Source: an uncultured Clostridia bacterium (lineage in GTDB: Bacteria > Bacillota > Clostridia > Christensenellales > CAG-917). Taken from it: DNA of 44,854 bases. Every line of letters begins with the position of its first letter. The stretch's first letter is position 1. This document shows positions 34,418 to 42,576 of the stretch, piece after piece. The notes below the pieces were generated by a model that searched no databases, was not told the origin of the DNA, and worked only from the letters and a program-made list of their open reading frames with translations. Where the stretch lies: positions 1 to 44,854 of the forward strand of contig CANQCC010000002.1 of assembly GCA_947589635.1 (NCBI GenBank), in the 5' to 3' direction. A program made the translations under genes and the position numbers.

Positions 34418-34956
34418 TTGAGAAGAGGGATCCCCGCAAGATATATGATATCCGTCCTGTCGCGCGCGTCGCCCTCCGCAAGCACAAACGCCTTTTTGAC
34501 GATGACGCCGCCCGCAAGATTCACGATGTTTTCTATGCCGAGCAGACTGCCGCCCGTGGATACGACGTCGTCCACGATAGCCACGCGCTTGCCGCGGATC
34601 AGGTCCGCGTCGTGTTTGCTGAGGTACAACTTTTGCTCCTCGCCCGTGGTTATCGACCTGACCGAGGTCTCAAGCCCGTCTTGCATGTACAGCTTTTTGG
34701 ACTTGCGGCACACCGCATAGTAGCGCTGCCCAAGCTCTCTTGCGACTACGTGGGCAAGCTGAAGCCCTTTGGACTCCGCCGTGACGACGACGTCGCACTC
34801 GCCTTTAAGCCTCGCCGCGATCTGCTTGCCGCAATGCTCCGTAAGCTCCTGCGCGCCATGCAGATTGAAAAAACATATCTTTACGCCCGACGGCAGCGGA
34901 AGTATGGGAAGCTCCGCATGATAGCCGCTGATGTCAAGAGGATAATATCCTTCCAT
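34414..34956 (-). CDS. Type I phosphoribosyltransferase (adenine/purine PRT-like)
   Basis: PRPP-binding loop VAIVDDVVSTGGS. 180 aa. Confidence 0.8.
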   Translation of the reverse strand: MEGYYPLDISGYHAELPILPLPSGVKICFFNLHGAQELTEHCGKQIAARLKGECDVVVTAESKGLQLAHVVARELGQRYYAVCRKSKKLYMQDGLETSVRSITTGEEQKLYLSKHDADLIRGKRVAIVDDVVSTGGSLLGIENIVNLAGGVIVKKAFVLAEGDARDRTDIIYLAGIPLLK

Positions 34957-35021
34957 GTCGTTCTCCTTATGCCTTATAAATCAAATATAATTATACCAGC
35001 ATTGCGGGGAATGTCAAGCCG

Positions 35022-36173
35022 TCATGCAGCTTCCTTGACTTCGAGGGTGACTTCGGGGAGGAAGGTCAGGGTGGCGAGGCAGTCCTTTTCAAGAGATCTG
35101 CCGACGGACTGATAGGCTTTTGCCTGCAAGCCGAGGAAGTCTATGCCGCACTCAAGCGATATCTCGTGCAGCTTTTTCATGCGCGCGGTTAGCTCTGCGC
35201 CCAGCTCCTTCGCGGCCTTTTTGATTAGCGAGTCGGCGCCCGAAAGGATGTCGTCGTCGCTTATGAATTGCACGTCGAGGAGGTCCACCGACAGCTTAAG
35301 TTTCGCCTCGACCTTTCTGCCTTTCGCCGTCGTCTTCACGTCCTTTTTGAGTATGCGAAATTCAAACGAGCCTTCCTCGGACGTGTAGTTGAGCGACCCA
35401 TAGGTCGTCTCCGAAAGATAGATGGACAATATCTCGGACAGCTCCCCCTCGAGCACCTTTGCGGAGTCGTGATCGAAGACGAGGACGCGGCTTAAATCGA
35501 ACTCGAAATTGTCCTTGATCTCGCCCTGTTGGTCGATGGGCTGATCCTGCATCTCGACGGGCACGATATATGGGATCGCGGTCGCTTCGCTGCGCGAGAG
35601 GGAGCGCGCAAGCAAGTCCTTTGCGGAGGTCTTGATAAGCCCGTCCGTACCCTCGTTGTTGACTATCGCGGTCTGCAAAAAATAGGGCGAAGACGTAGTG
35701 GTGCCTACGCGCATGGCAAGCATATCCCTCGGACTTTTCGACCCTGTCACGATGATGGCCTGCTCTCTTAAAGCGTACATGCTGTTTAGCGGATATATGA
35801 TCTGCAGATGATCCTCTTTGAGGGCGGATTGCGACAAAAACAAGACTTCACAATGCGCAAGCGACACTATTAACCCCATTTTCTGTGAAATATCGTCAAG
35901 AGCGGAGGATATCGTCCTGCCCGTCGCAGTGAAGGTCTCATAGCGTTGCGAGCCGCTCTCTCCCGCCGAGGAGAGCATGTGCACGGACTGCGTGGTGACG
36001 GTAAATTCCCGCTTGCTCTCGTCAAAATCCACGCCTATGCCGACGACTATAGCGGTCTTCGTAAGCGCGGGGCTGTTGACCGTCCTGCCAAAAACTATAA
36101 GCAATATTATCGCCGCAAGAATTATCGCCCACTTGGTGCGCAAAACATATGATGTGATCTTGATTTTTTTCAA
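35022..36173 (-). CDS. Ger(x)C-family spore germination protein (C subunit)
   Basis: 383-aa ORF, last gene of an A-B-C germinant-receptor operon. The GerAC-like core begins AIVVGIGVDFDE. It has an N-terminal TM helix but no lipobox Cys. Confidence 0.8.
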   Translation of the reverse strand: MKKIKITSYVLRTKWAIILAAIILLIVFGRTVNSPALTKTAIVVGIGVDFDESKREFTVTTQSVHMLSSAGESGSQRYETFTATGRTISSALDDISQKMGLIVSLAHCEVLFLSQSALKEDHLQIIYPLNSMYALREQAIIVTGSKSPRDMLAMRVGTTTSSPYFLQTAIVNNEGTDGLIKTSAKDLLARSLSRSEATAIPYIVPVEMQDQPIDQQGEIKDNFEFDLSRVLVFDHDSAKVLEGELSEILSIYLSETTYGSLNYTSEEGSFEFRILKKDVKTTAKGRKVEAKLKLSVDLLDVQFISDDDILSGADSLIKKAAKELGAELTARMKKLHEISLECGIDFLGLQAKAYQSVGRSLEKDCLATLTFLPEVTLEVKEAA

Positions 36174-37420
36174 TTGTTTTCCTCCGCTTGCAAAGAGCCG
36201 TTATCAAGCGTTTTGAAAGTTTCTTTTGCGCGCTCTTGATAGCCCCTCATTATGTTGTCGGCTATGCTGTCCGGCGGCTCGGGATAGGGGACCTCGTAGG
36301 GGACGTATTCGTCGTCGAGGCAGGCGTACAGACCCTTGAAAGTCTTCCTCCTGCGCAGGGCGAGCAAGAGGAGGGACGAGGGAATGAAGACTGCAAGCGC
36401 GCTTAAGGCATATCCCATCGCCTCGGTCGAAAACTTCGCTACGGACTGTGAGGATGGCACCGCCGCCACTATCACGCAGACGGCGAGAGGGAAGAGAATT
36501 ATGGCGGGCAGCCTCGTCCCAAGCGCGCGGTCGCACGCCGCTATGGCTCCGAAATATATGAAGGACAGCGAAAGTATCGACGCGGACACCGCGGCGAAAA
36601 GATTTGTCCATTCCATTCTGCCTATCTCCATCGAGAGCTGGTTGAAGCCCGCCATGTGTATGGTCAGGTCGGATACCATCTTGAGCGACTCGCCGTACGC
36701 CGCCACCCCAAGCGCCACCGTCACGAGGGTTATTGTCAGCGTGATCGCGATCCCGCCCGAGATATACGGCAGCCGCTTATTTTTTATGCGCAAAAATGCA
36801 AACGGAAGCGCGTCGCCTATCCACAGCCCGAAGCGGGGCAGCCCTTTGAAAAACTCCGACGGCGGCAGGGAAAACACGGGAAGATTGCGGCCTATGTCGT
36901 TGTTGGTGTCAAAAAATATCAGGTTGAAGACGATAAGCGCCATAAATATGGGCGCTAAGATCTCGCAGGTGCGCGCGATTGAACGCGATCCCTTTACGCC
37001 AAGGTACAGCGCGGGAAAGAGGAACATCAGATATAAAAGGGAGGGCTCCACGCCGCCGAACAGCTCGTGCGCGAGATAACTCACGCAATAGCAAAAATAG
37101 AAGGTGCCCTTAAGTATAAGCCATACGCTCATAAGCGCGCAGCACGCCTTATAAAGTCTGCTGCCCGTGCAGCGCATAAGATCATCTCCTCGCATGCGCG
37201 CGAAGGCAAACGCAAACGCGGTCACGGCAAGCTCCACGACGGCCATGAACATAAACACCCACAGCGTGCCCGATCCGTAGCTTTCGCTTATCACTCCGGG
37301 CGCTGCGGACAGCTTGAACGCCATGCCGAGCGCGAATATGATAAACGCCGCCTGCGAGTTGTACACCGTGCCCGAAGGCAAATTTTTGTATAGTCCGCGT
37401 TGTATCTTTACGTTTTTCAT
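36170..37420 (-). CDS. Spore germination protein, GerAB/amino-acid-permease-like B subunit
   Basis: 416-aa ORF with about 10 TM helices. It overlaps the C-subunit start by 4 nt and follows the A subunit. Confidence 0.8.
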   Translation of the reverse strand: MKNVKIQRGLYKNLPSGTVYNSQAAFIIFALGMAFKLSAAPGVISESYGSGTLWVFMFMAVVELAVTAFAFAFARMRGDDLMRCTGSRLYKACCALMSVWLILKGTFYFCYCVSYLAHELFGGVEPSLLYLMFLFPALYLGVKGSRSIARTCEILAPIFMALIVFNLIFFDTNNDIGRNLPVFSLPPSEFFKGLPRFGLWIGDALPFAFLRIKNKRLPYISGGIAITLTITLVTVALGVAAYGESLKMVSDLTIHMAGFNQLSMEIGRMEWTNLFAAVSASILSLSFIYFGAIAACDRALGTRLPAIILFPLAVCVIVAAVPSSQSVAKFSTEAMGYALSALAVFIPSSLLLLALRRRKTFKGLYACLDDEYVPYEVPYPEPPDSIADNIMRGYQERAKETFKTLDNGSLQAEENN

Positions 37421-37427
37421 GCTCGCC

Positions 37428-38885
37428 TCAATTTTTGCGTATTCGCCTGCGATTCGCCGTGGGGATGGAGTACGGCCTGTCCACCATGGACACCGTGCCC
37501 ACCTTCAGCGCTCCGTCCTGCAGGTCGGGATTTATCCTCGGCGCGTACGGCGCAAGGTAGGGCGTGCCGAAGTTGTCAAGGCTTGTCAGATATCCTATAA
37601 GCACTATCGCAAGAATGACCATGCCCACAAACCCCGTGACTGCGCTCACGCACAGAAACAGCAGGCGGAGTATGGATATCGTCCCCACCTGATCGGGCAC
37701 GCAAAATATGCCTATGGCGCTTAGCGCTATGACAAGCACGGACGGCGAGGAGATAAGCCCCGATTTGACCGCGGTGTCGCCAAGCACTATCGCGCCGACT
37801 ACGGACAGTGAGATGCCAAGATATCGCGGCATGCGGATGGAGGCTTGATTTAGCACTTCAAACAGCACCAGTACCACAAGCATCTCTATCGCGGGCGGGA
37901 AGGGTATCCCCGTCGTCGCCGCCATAAGCGTCATCAAAAATTTCAGCGGCAAAAGCTGCAAGTGGAAGGTCTGCAAGGCGATATACGCTCCCGGCAGCAG
38001 CACGGTCAGCAGCGCGCCTATTATGCGGAACATTCGTATCATGCTCGCCCGCCAATCCCCCGAATAGTAGTCGTATCCGTCCTGCACGTCTTCAAAGATG
38101 AGATAGGGCAGCGTGATAACTATCGGCGAGCCGTCAACGATTATCGCCACGCGCCCTTCAAGCAGCTTGGCGCTTACCACGTCGGGCTTTTCGGACGTCC
38201 CCGCCTGCAAAAAGAAGGACGTGCGCTTCGCCTGCACAAACGCAAGCACGTACGCGCTGTCGATGACTCCGTCTATGTCGATCTTGCTTATCTTTTCGTA
38301 TATCTGCCTTACCACCTGCTTGTCCGCTATGCCGCGGATGTGCAGCACCGCGACCGACGTCGTGGAATAGCGCCCCACCTGAAAAGTGCGCACCACAAGG
38401 GAAGGAGTCTTAAGGCGGCGGCGCATCATGGAAAGATTTGTCTTTATCTCCTCTATGAAACCTTCGCGAGGGCCTTTAAGCACGCTTGATGTGGGCGGCT
38501 CCGCTATAGAGCGCTTTTCGGGCTTTCTCAAAGAGAAGACGTACGCCGTTTCCTCGCCGTCGACAAACATTACCACGTCCCCTTCGGATATGGGACCGGG
38601 CGAGCTTATGACGGGCACGGGCACTGCTTCTTCGCTGAACTTGACCGCGCGCCTCAGCGCGTCCTCATAGGGAGGGCAAAAACTCTCCGCCTGCAAAAGC
38701 GGGGAGATTATGCTGACTTCAAACAGCTCCCTGTCTATGCCGCCGTCTATATAGACGAAGGCGCACTTAACGCCCGCCGCTTCTATCCGGCGGATCTTAA
38801 GGTCGTCGCTCATGGTAAAGGTAAGCTGCAATTGATTTATGACTTCGTCTATATTCACGCAAGCCATTATTGACCGTACGCGCAC
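37428..38885 (-). CDS. Spore germination protein, GerAA-type A subunit
   Basis: 485-aa ORF. The GerA-family soluble N-domain contains PEKRSIAEPPTSSVLKGPREGFIEEIKTNLSMMRRRL, followed by C-terminal TM helices. The start is uncertain (GTG at 38885 or ATG at 38867). Confidence 0.88.
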   Translation of the reverse strand: MRVRSIMACVNIDEVINQLQLTFTMSDDLKIRRIEAAGVKCAFVYIDGGIDRELFEVSIISPLLQAESFCPPYEDALRRAVKFSEEAVPVPVISSPGPISEGDVVMFVDGEETAYVFSLRKPEKRSIAEPPTSSVLKGPREGFIEEIKTNLSMMRRRLKTPSLVVRTFQVGRYSTTSVAVLHIRGIADKQVVRQIYEKISKIDIDGVIDSAYVLAFVQAKRTSFFLQAGTSEKPDVVSAKLLEGRVAIIVDGSPIVITLPYLIFEDVQDGYDYYSGDWRASMIRMFRIIGALLTVLLPGAYIALQTFHLQLLPLKFLMTLMAATTGIPFPPAIEMLVVLVLFEVLNQASIRMPRYLGISLSVVGAIVLGDTAVKSGLISSPSVLVIALSAIGIFCVPDQVGTISILRLLFLCVSAVTGFVGMVILAIVLIGYLTSLDNFGTPYLAPYAPRINPDLQDGALKVGTVSMVDRPYSIPTANRRRIRKN

Positions 38886-39090
38886 TTTATAAGCTCAAAA
38901 CGCGCAATAAAACCCTTTTTCGCGCAAATTCGACGCAGTTCGACCTTGTCTGAAAATCAAAAGTTTTCGCTTCGTTTACAAAAGCCGAACGCTTTGATAT
39001 GTCGATTTGCCGATGACTTTTTGTCCTGTCGCGCGAGGCTCCGCACAGTCGCGCACTATGCGCGCGCACATAAAATTATGTTTATAATTA

Positions 39091-39118
39091 TTGACAAATG
39101 TAAAATAAGTGCTAAAAT
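39091..39118 (+). promoter_or_regulatory. Sigma-70-type promoter for the GDPD gene
   Basis: TTGACA (39091-39096), 16-nt spacer, TAAAAT (39113-39118). Confidence 0.55.
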
Positions 39119-39223
39119 ACAACTATTGCGGAGGGAGAAACACTCTCAAAACTTCTTGTGCGAGCATATAATACGATACGGCGCTCTCCCAAGCGGGGGC
39201 GCGTTTGATTTGAGGAGGGACAT

Positions 39224-40105
39224 ATGGCGAAGTTGAACAAGCACGTAAAGCGGCTTATTATCGCGCTCATCGTCATCGTCGTGCTGGCGGCAGCCGGCAT
39301 AGGCGCTGCTTTCGGCGTGATGAACAACCTGCAATTTATGACTTACACCAAGTCTAAGCTTGCAAAGCTCGCGGGCGAATATCCCTCGCGCTCCGTCAAC
39401 TTCATCGCGCACAGAGGCTTGAGCGAGGAGGAGTATCAAAACACCGCGGAAGCGTTTTCTCTCGCCGCCGAAGACCCCGGCACCTGGGGCATAGAAACCG
39501 ACGTGTGGGCGACAAGCGACGGAGGCTTTGTCTGCATGCACGACCGCAACGCTCTCGACGGGATTGGCAACGTCAAAAACGTCACGCTTGAAGTGGCGCT
39601 GTCCACGCCTCTCAAGCACAACAAGGAAAAGTATGCGCCTTCCGTGGACGAGTATCTCTCCATATGTAAAAACGGGGATAAGACCGCCGTCGTCGAGATA
39701 AAGGACAAGGATATGACGCAGGAAGACCTTGACGTGCTTGTGCAAAAAATAATTGAAAGCGGCGCGAAGTTCAGGGTGATATCCTTCCACATGGACAAAC
39801 TTGAGTACATTCGCGGCAAGCTGCCCGACGCAAAGCTGCAGCTGCTTGTCGTATCCACATACATTGGCTCGAAGGCGCTGAAAAAGGCGATATCCCTCAA
39901 TATTGACCTGTCCTGCATGTATCAGCTGCTTACTAAGAAGTGGGTGGACAAGTTTCACGACGCGGGGCTTGAGGTCGGGATCTGGACCGTAAACAACGCT
40001 CGCGACGCCATGTGTATGGCGGTCAAATTCAACGTGGACTATATCACTACCGACATAAGAATGAAGGGAGAAGTTGAAAATTATATCGCGGGACTTAAAA
40101 AGTGA
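39224..40105 (+). CDS. Membrane-anchored glycerophosphodiester phosphodiesterase family protein
   Basis: N-terminal TM helix, then the GDPD signature IAHRGLSEEEYQNTAEAF...GIETDVWATSDGGFVCMHD. Confidence 0.85.
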   Translation: MAKLNKHVKRLIIALIVIVVLAAAGIGAAFGVMNNLQFMTYTKSKLAKLAGEYPSRSVNFIAHRGLSEEEYQNTAEAFSLAAEDPGTWGIETDVWATSDGGFVCMHDRNALDGIGNVKNVTLEVALSTPLKHNKEKYAPSVDEYLSICKNGDKTAVVEIKDKDMTQEDLDVLVQKIIESGAKFRVISFHMDKLEYIRGKLPDAKLQLLVVSTYIGSKALKKAISLNIDLSCMYQLLTKKWVDKFHDAGLEVGIWTVNNARDAMCMAVKFNVDYITTDIRMKGEVENYIAGLKK

Positions 40106-40130
40106 CCCGGTTTTTCAGACGAAACAAAGT

Positions 40131-40161
40131 AAAAGCGGCTTGAATTTTCAGGCCGCTTTTT
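40131..40161. terminator. Bidirectional terminator between the GDPD gene and gdhA
   Basis: AAAAGCGGC (40131-40139) pairs with GCCGCTTTT (40152-40160) around a 12-nt loop, with A- and T-runs on either side. Confidence 0.7.
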
Positions 40162-40186
40162 GCAACTTACATTTATGCGCTTTTTA

Positions 40187-41533
40187 TCAATACACGCCTT
40201 GTGCAATCATCGCGTCCGCGACCTTCTTGAAGCCCGCAAGGTTTGCGCCCGCGACAAGGTTGTAGGGCATGCCGTATGCGTTTAGGGTCTCCACGATCTT
40301 GGAGTGGATGTTGGTCATGATGTGATGCAGCTTGCTGTCCACCTCTTCCGCCGTCCATTGTAAACGCTCGCTGTTCTGGGTCATCTCCAGACCCGACGTC
40401 GCGACTCCGCCCGCGTTGACCGCCTTTGACGGAGCGACAAGCACGCCGTGACTCTGCAGATAGGCGATCGCCTCGTTGGTGGTTGGCATATTGGACACTT
40501 CGTTGAGGATGGGGACGCCAAGTTTGACCATGCCTTTTGCGTCCTCAAGGCCGATTTCGTTTTGCGTTGCGCAGGGCATATAGATGTCCGCTTTGACGTT
40601 GCCCCAGGGTTTCTTGCCCGCGACGAATTCGCAGCCGAACTTGTCCGAATAGTCCTGCACGCGATTGCGGTTGGAGGAGCGCATTTCAAGCATATAGTCC
40701 ACTTTTTCTCCGCTTATGCCGTCGCTGTCGTAGATGTATCCGTCGGGTCCAGAAAGCGTAAGTACTTTGCCGCCCAACTCGGATATCTTCTTTGCGGCGC
40801 CCCATGCCACGTTGCCGAATCCGGACAGACAGAAAGTCTTGCCCTTAAGCGTCTCGCCCTCGTGGTTGAGGACCTCTTCAAGGAAGTAGGTCGCGCCGTA
40901 TCCCGTCGCCTCAGGGCGTATCAGCGAGCCGCCGTAGCTCAGCCCCTTGCCCGTCAGCACGCCGTTGTTGAATTGCCCGGCGATCTTTTTGTATTGTCCA
41001 AACAAGAAGCCTATCTCCCTGCTGCCCACGCCTATGTCGCCCGCGGGCACGTCGAGGTCGGGACCGATGTGGCGGTAAAGCTCCATCATGAAGGATTGGC
41101 AAAAACGCATTATCTCCGCGTCCGATTTGCCTGTAGGATCGAAATCGCTGCCGCCCTTCGCGCCGCCCATGGGCAGGGAAGTCAGCGAGTTTTTGAAGGT
41201 TTGCTCGAAGGCGAGAAACTTCATCGTGTCAAGGTCGACGGACCTGTGGAAGCGCAAGCCGCCCTTATATGGCCCTATCGCGTTGTTGAACTGCACGCGG
41301 AAGCCGCGGTTGACGTGAAATACGCCGTTGTCGTCCATCCACGGCACGCGGAACATGATTTGTCTGTCCGGCTCCACCATGCGCTCAAGCACGCAGAACT
41401 TTTTAAGCTCCGCCTCTTGCTGTTCCACCGCGGGAGCTATGGACGAGAAGACCTCCGTCACCGTCTGCATAAATTGAGGTTGACTGACGTTTTTCTTCGC
41501 CGTTTGATCGATGACATCAGAAATGTAAGACAT
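40187..41533 (-). CDS. gdhA: NADP-specific glutamate dehydrogenase
   Basis: 448-aa ORF. It carries KGGLRFH, the catalytic GGAKGGSDFDP motif and the GFGNVAWGAA dinucleotide fold. Confidence 0.93.
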   Translation of the reverse strand: MSYISDVIDQTAKKNVSQPQFMQTVTEVFSSIAPAVEQQEAELKKFCVLERMVEPDRQIMFRVPWMDDNGVFHVNRGFRVQFNNAIGPYKGGLRFHRSVDLDTMKFLAFEQTFKNSLTSLPMGGAKGGSDFDPTGKSDAEIMRFCQSFMMELYRHIGPDLDVPAGDIGVGSREIGFLFGQYKKIAGQFNNGVLTGKGLSYGGSLIRPEATGYGATYFLEEVLNHEGETLKGKTFCLSGFGNVAWGAAKKISELGGKVLTLSGPDGYIYDSDGISGEKVDYMLEMRSSNRNRVQDYSDKFGCEFVAGKKPWGNVKADIYMPCATQNEIGLEDAKGMVKLGVPILNEVSNMPTTNEAIAYLQSHGVLVAPSKAVNAGGVATSGLEMTQNSERLQWTAEEVDSKLHHIMTNIHSKIVETLNAYGMPYNLVAGANLAGFKKVADAMIAQGVY

Positions 41534-41813
41534 TGCTTACCCCCATATCAAGTTTTTTCTTTACATAATATGATACACCCAAGCCCGAATGATATCAACA
41601 GAAAAGCTATAAACTCAATCAAAATATTGTAAAGATATCCATACGCTTGTCGATTTTTGTATGGCTTATAAAAATTGTATTATGCCATTAAGGCGGTGCC
41701 TAAAGCGCTCCGAAAAGAAAATATCGACGGACATCTGTTTTATAAAAAGCGAGGGCGGGCGGCGCGACGTATATTTATGCAAATTGGGGGCATTTTATAG
41801 TGAGAGGTGCAAT

Positions 41814-42266
41814 ATGTTAAGGACAAGATCCACAATAATTTTGCTTGCGATATTGCTTGTCGCCATCGTGGCATGCGCCGCCGTAAGAGAGGTAGGCGCA
41901 ACCTCGGACAGCGAAGCGTACGCCGCGGGGATTTACGACCGAGTAACTCCAGAACTTATCGCGCTGTATGAAAAGGAGATCTCGGCTTGTCCCGTCGTCA
42001 GCGACCAAAACCCCGCCCGTCTTCTGAAGACCGCGGAAGGACTTGGGATAGAGCTGAACAAACTTAAGGCGCTTATGCTCCTGCAGGATCTGTCCGCAAG
42101 GGTTGGGCGTGAAATATCCCTTTCCGCACTCGCCGAAAAGTCAGAATGGGCGCTCATATTATACGCGAAACAGTGCGGCGACGACTATCTAGCCGCCCTT
42201 CCCGAGGAGCAAAGACAGAGGCTTAAAAAGCTGTTGTTTGAGGCGTTGAAACCCTCAAACGCTTAA
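41814..42266 (+). CDS. Small putative lipoprotein (unknown function)
   Basis: The start is placed at MLRTRST (GAGAGGTG upstream). The signal peptide carries the lipobox-like AIVAC, the same pentapeptide as in the 2270 protein. Confidence 0.6.
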   Translation: MLRTRSTIILLAILLVAIVACAAVREVGATSDSEAYAAGIYDRVTPELIALYEKEISACPVVSDQNPARLLKTAEGLGIELNKLKALMLLQDLSARVGREISLSALAEKSEWALILYAKQCGDDYLAALPEEQRQRLKKLLFEALKPSNA

Positions 42267-42576
42267 GCCCCGGCGCACAGCGCGTACATAGGGTATTTTG
42301 GCGGGATATTCCATCCAGACCAGTTTCGCCCTTGCGCACACAGGGCGATAGCCAATGCCGAGCCCCTTTCGCGTTTGCGAACTTACAGGATTTTCCGATT
42401 GTATAAGCGGGGACCCATCGCGCGCGTCCACGCGTACGAAAGGGTAAAAGTATATAAAATTATCTTTATCCTATTTGATTTTTTTTGCGGATGTGCTAAA
42501 ATTATCGTGGCGCAAGAGGCGTCGCGATTTTTGCATATAATGGATTGCTCGGGCTTGACTTCTGAGGAGGGAGAGT

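Noticed and set aside
33536-34720. 394-aa plus-strand ORF opposite the U32 and PRT genes
   Set aside because: It is antisense to two genes with strong family motifs and spans their boundary.
40448-41632. 394-aa plus-strand ORF opposite gdhA
   Set aside because: Antisense shadow of glutamate dehydrogenase.
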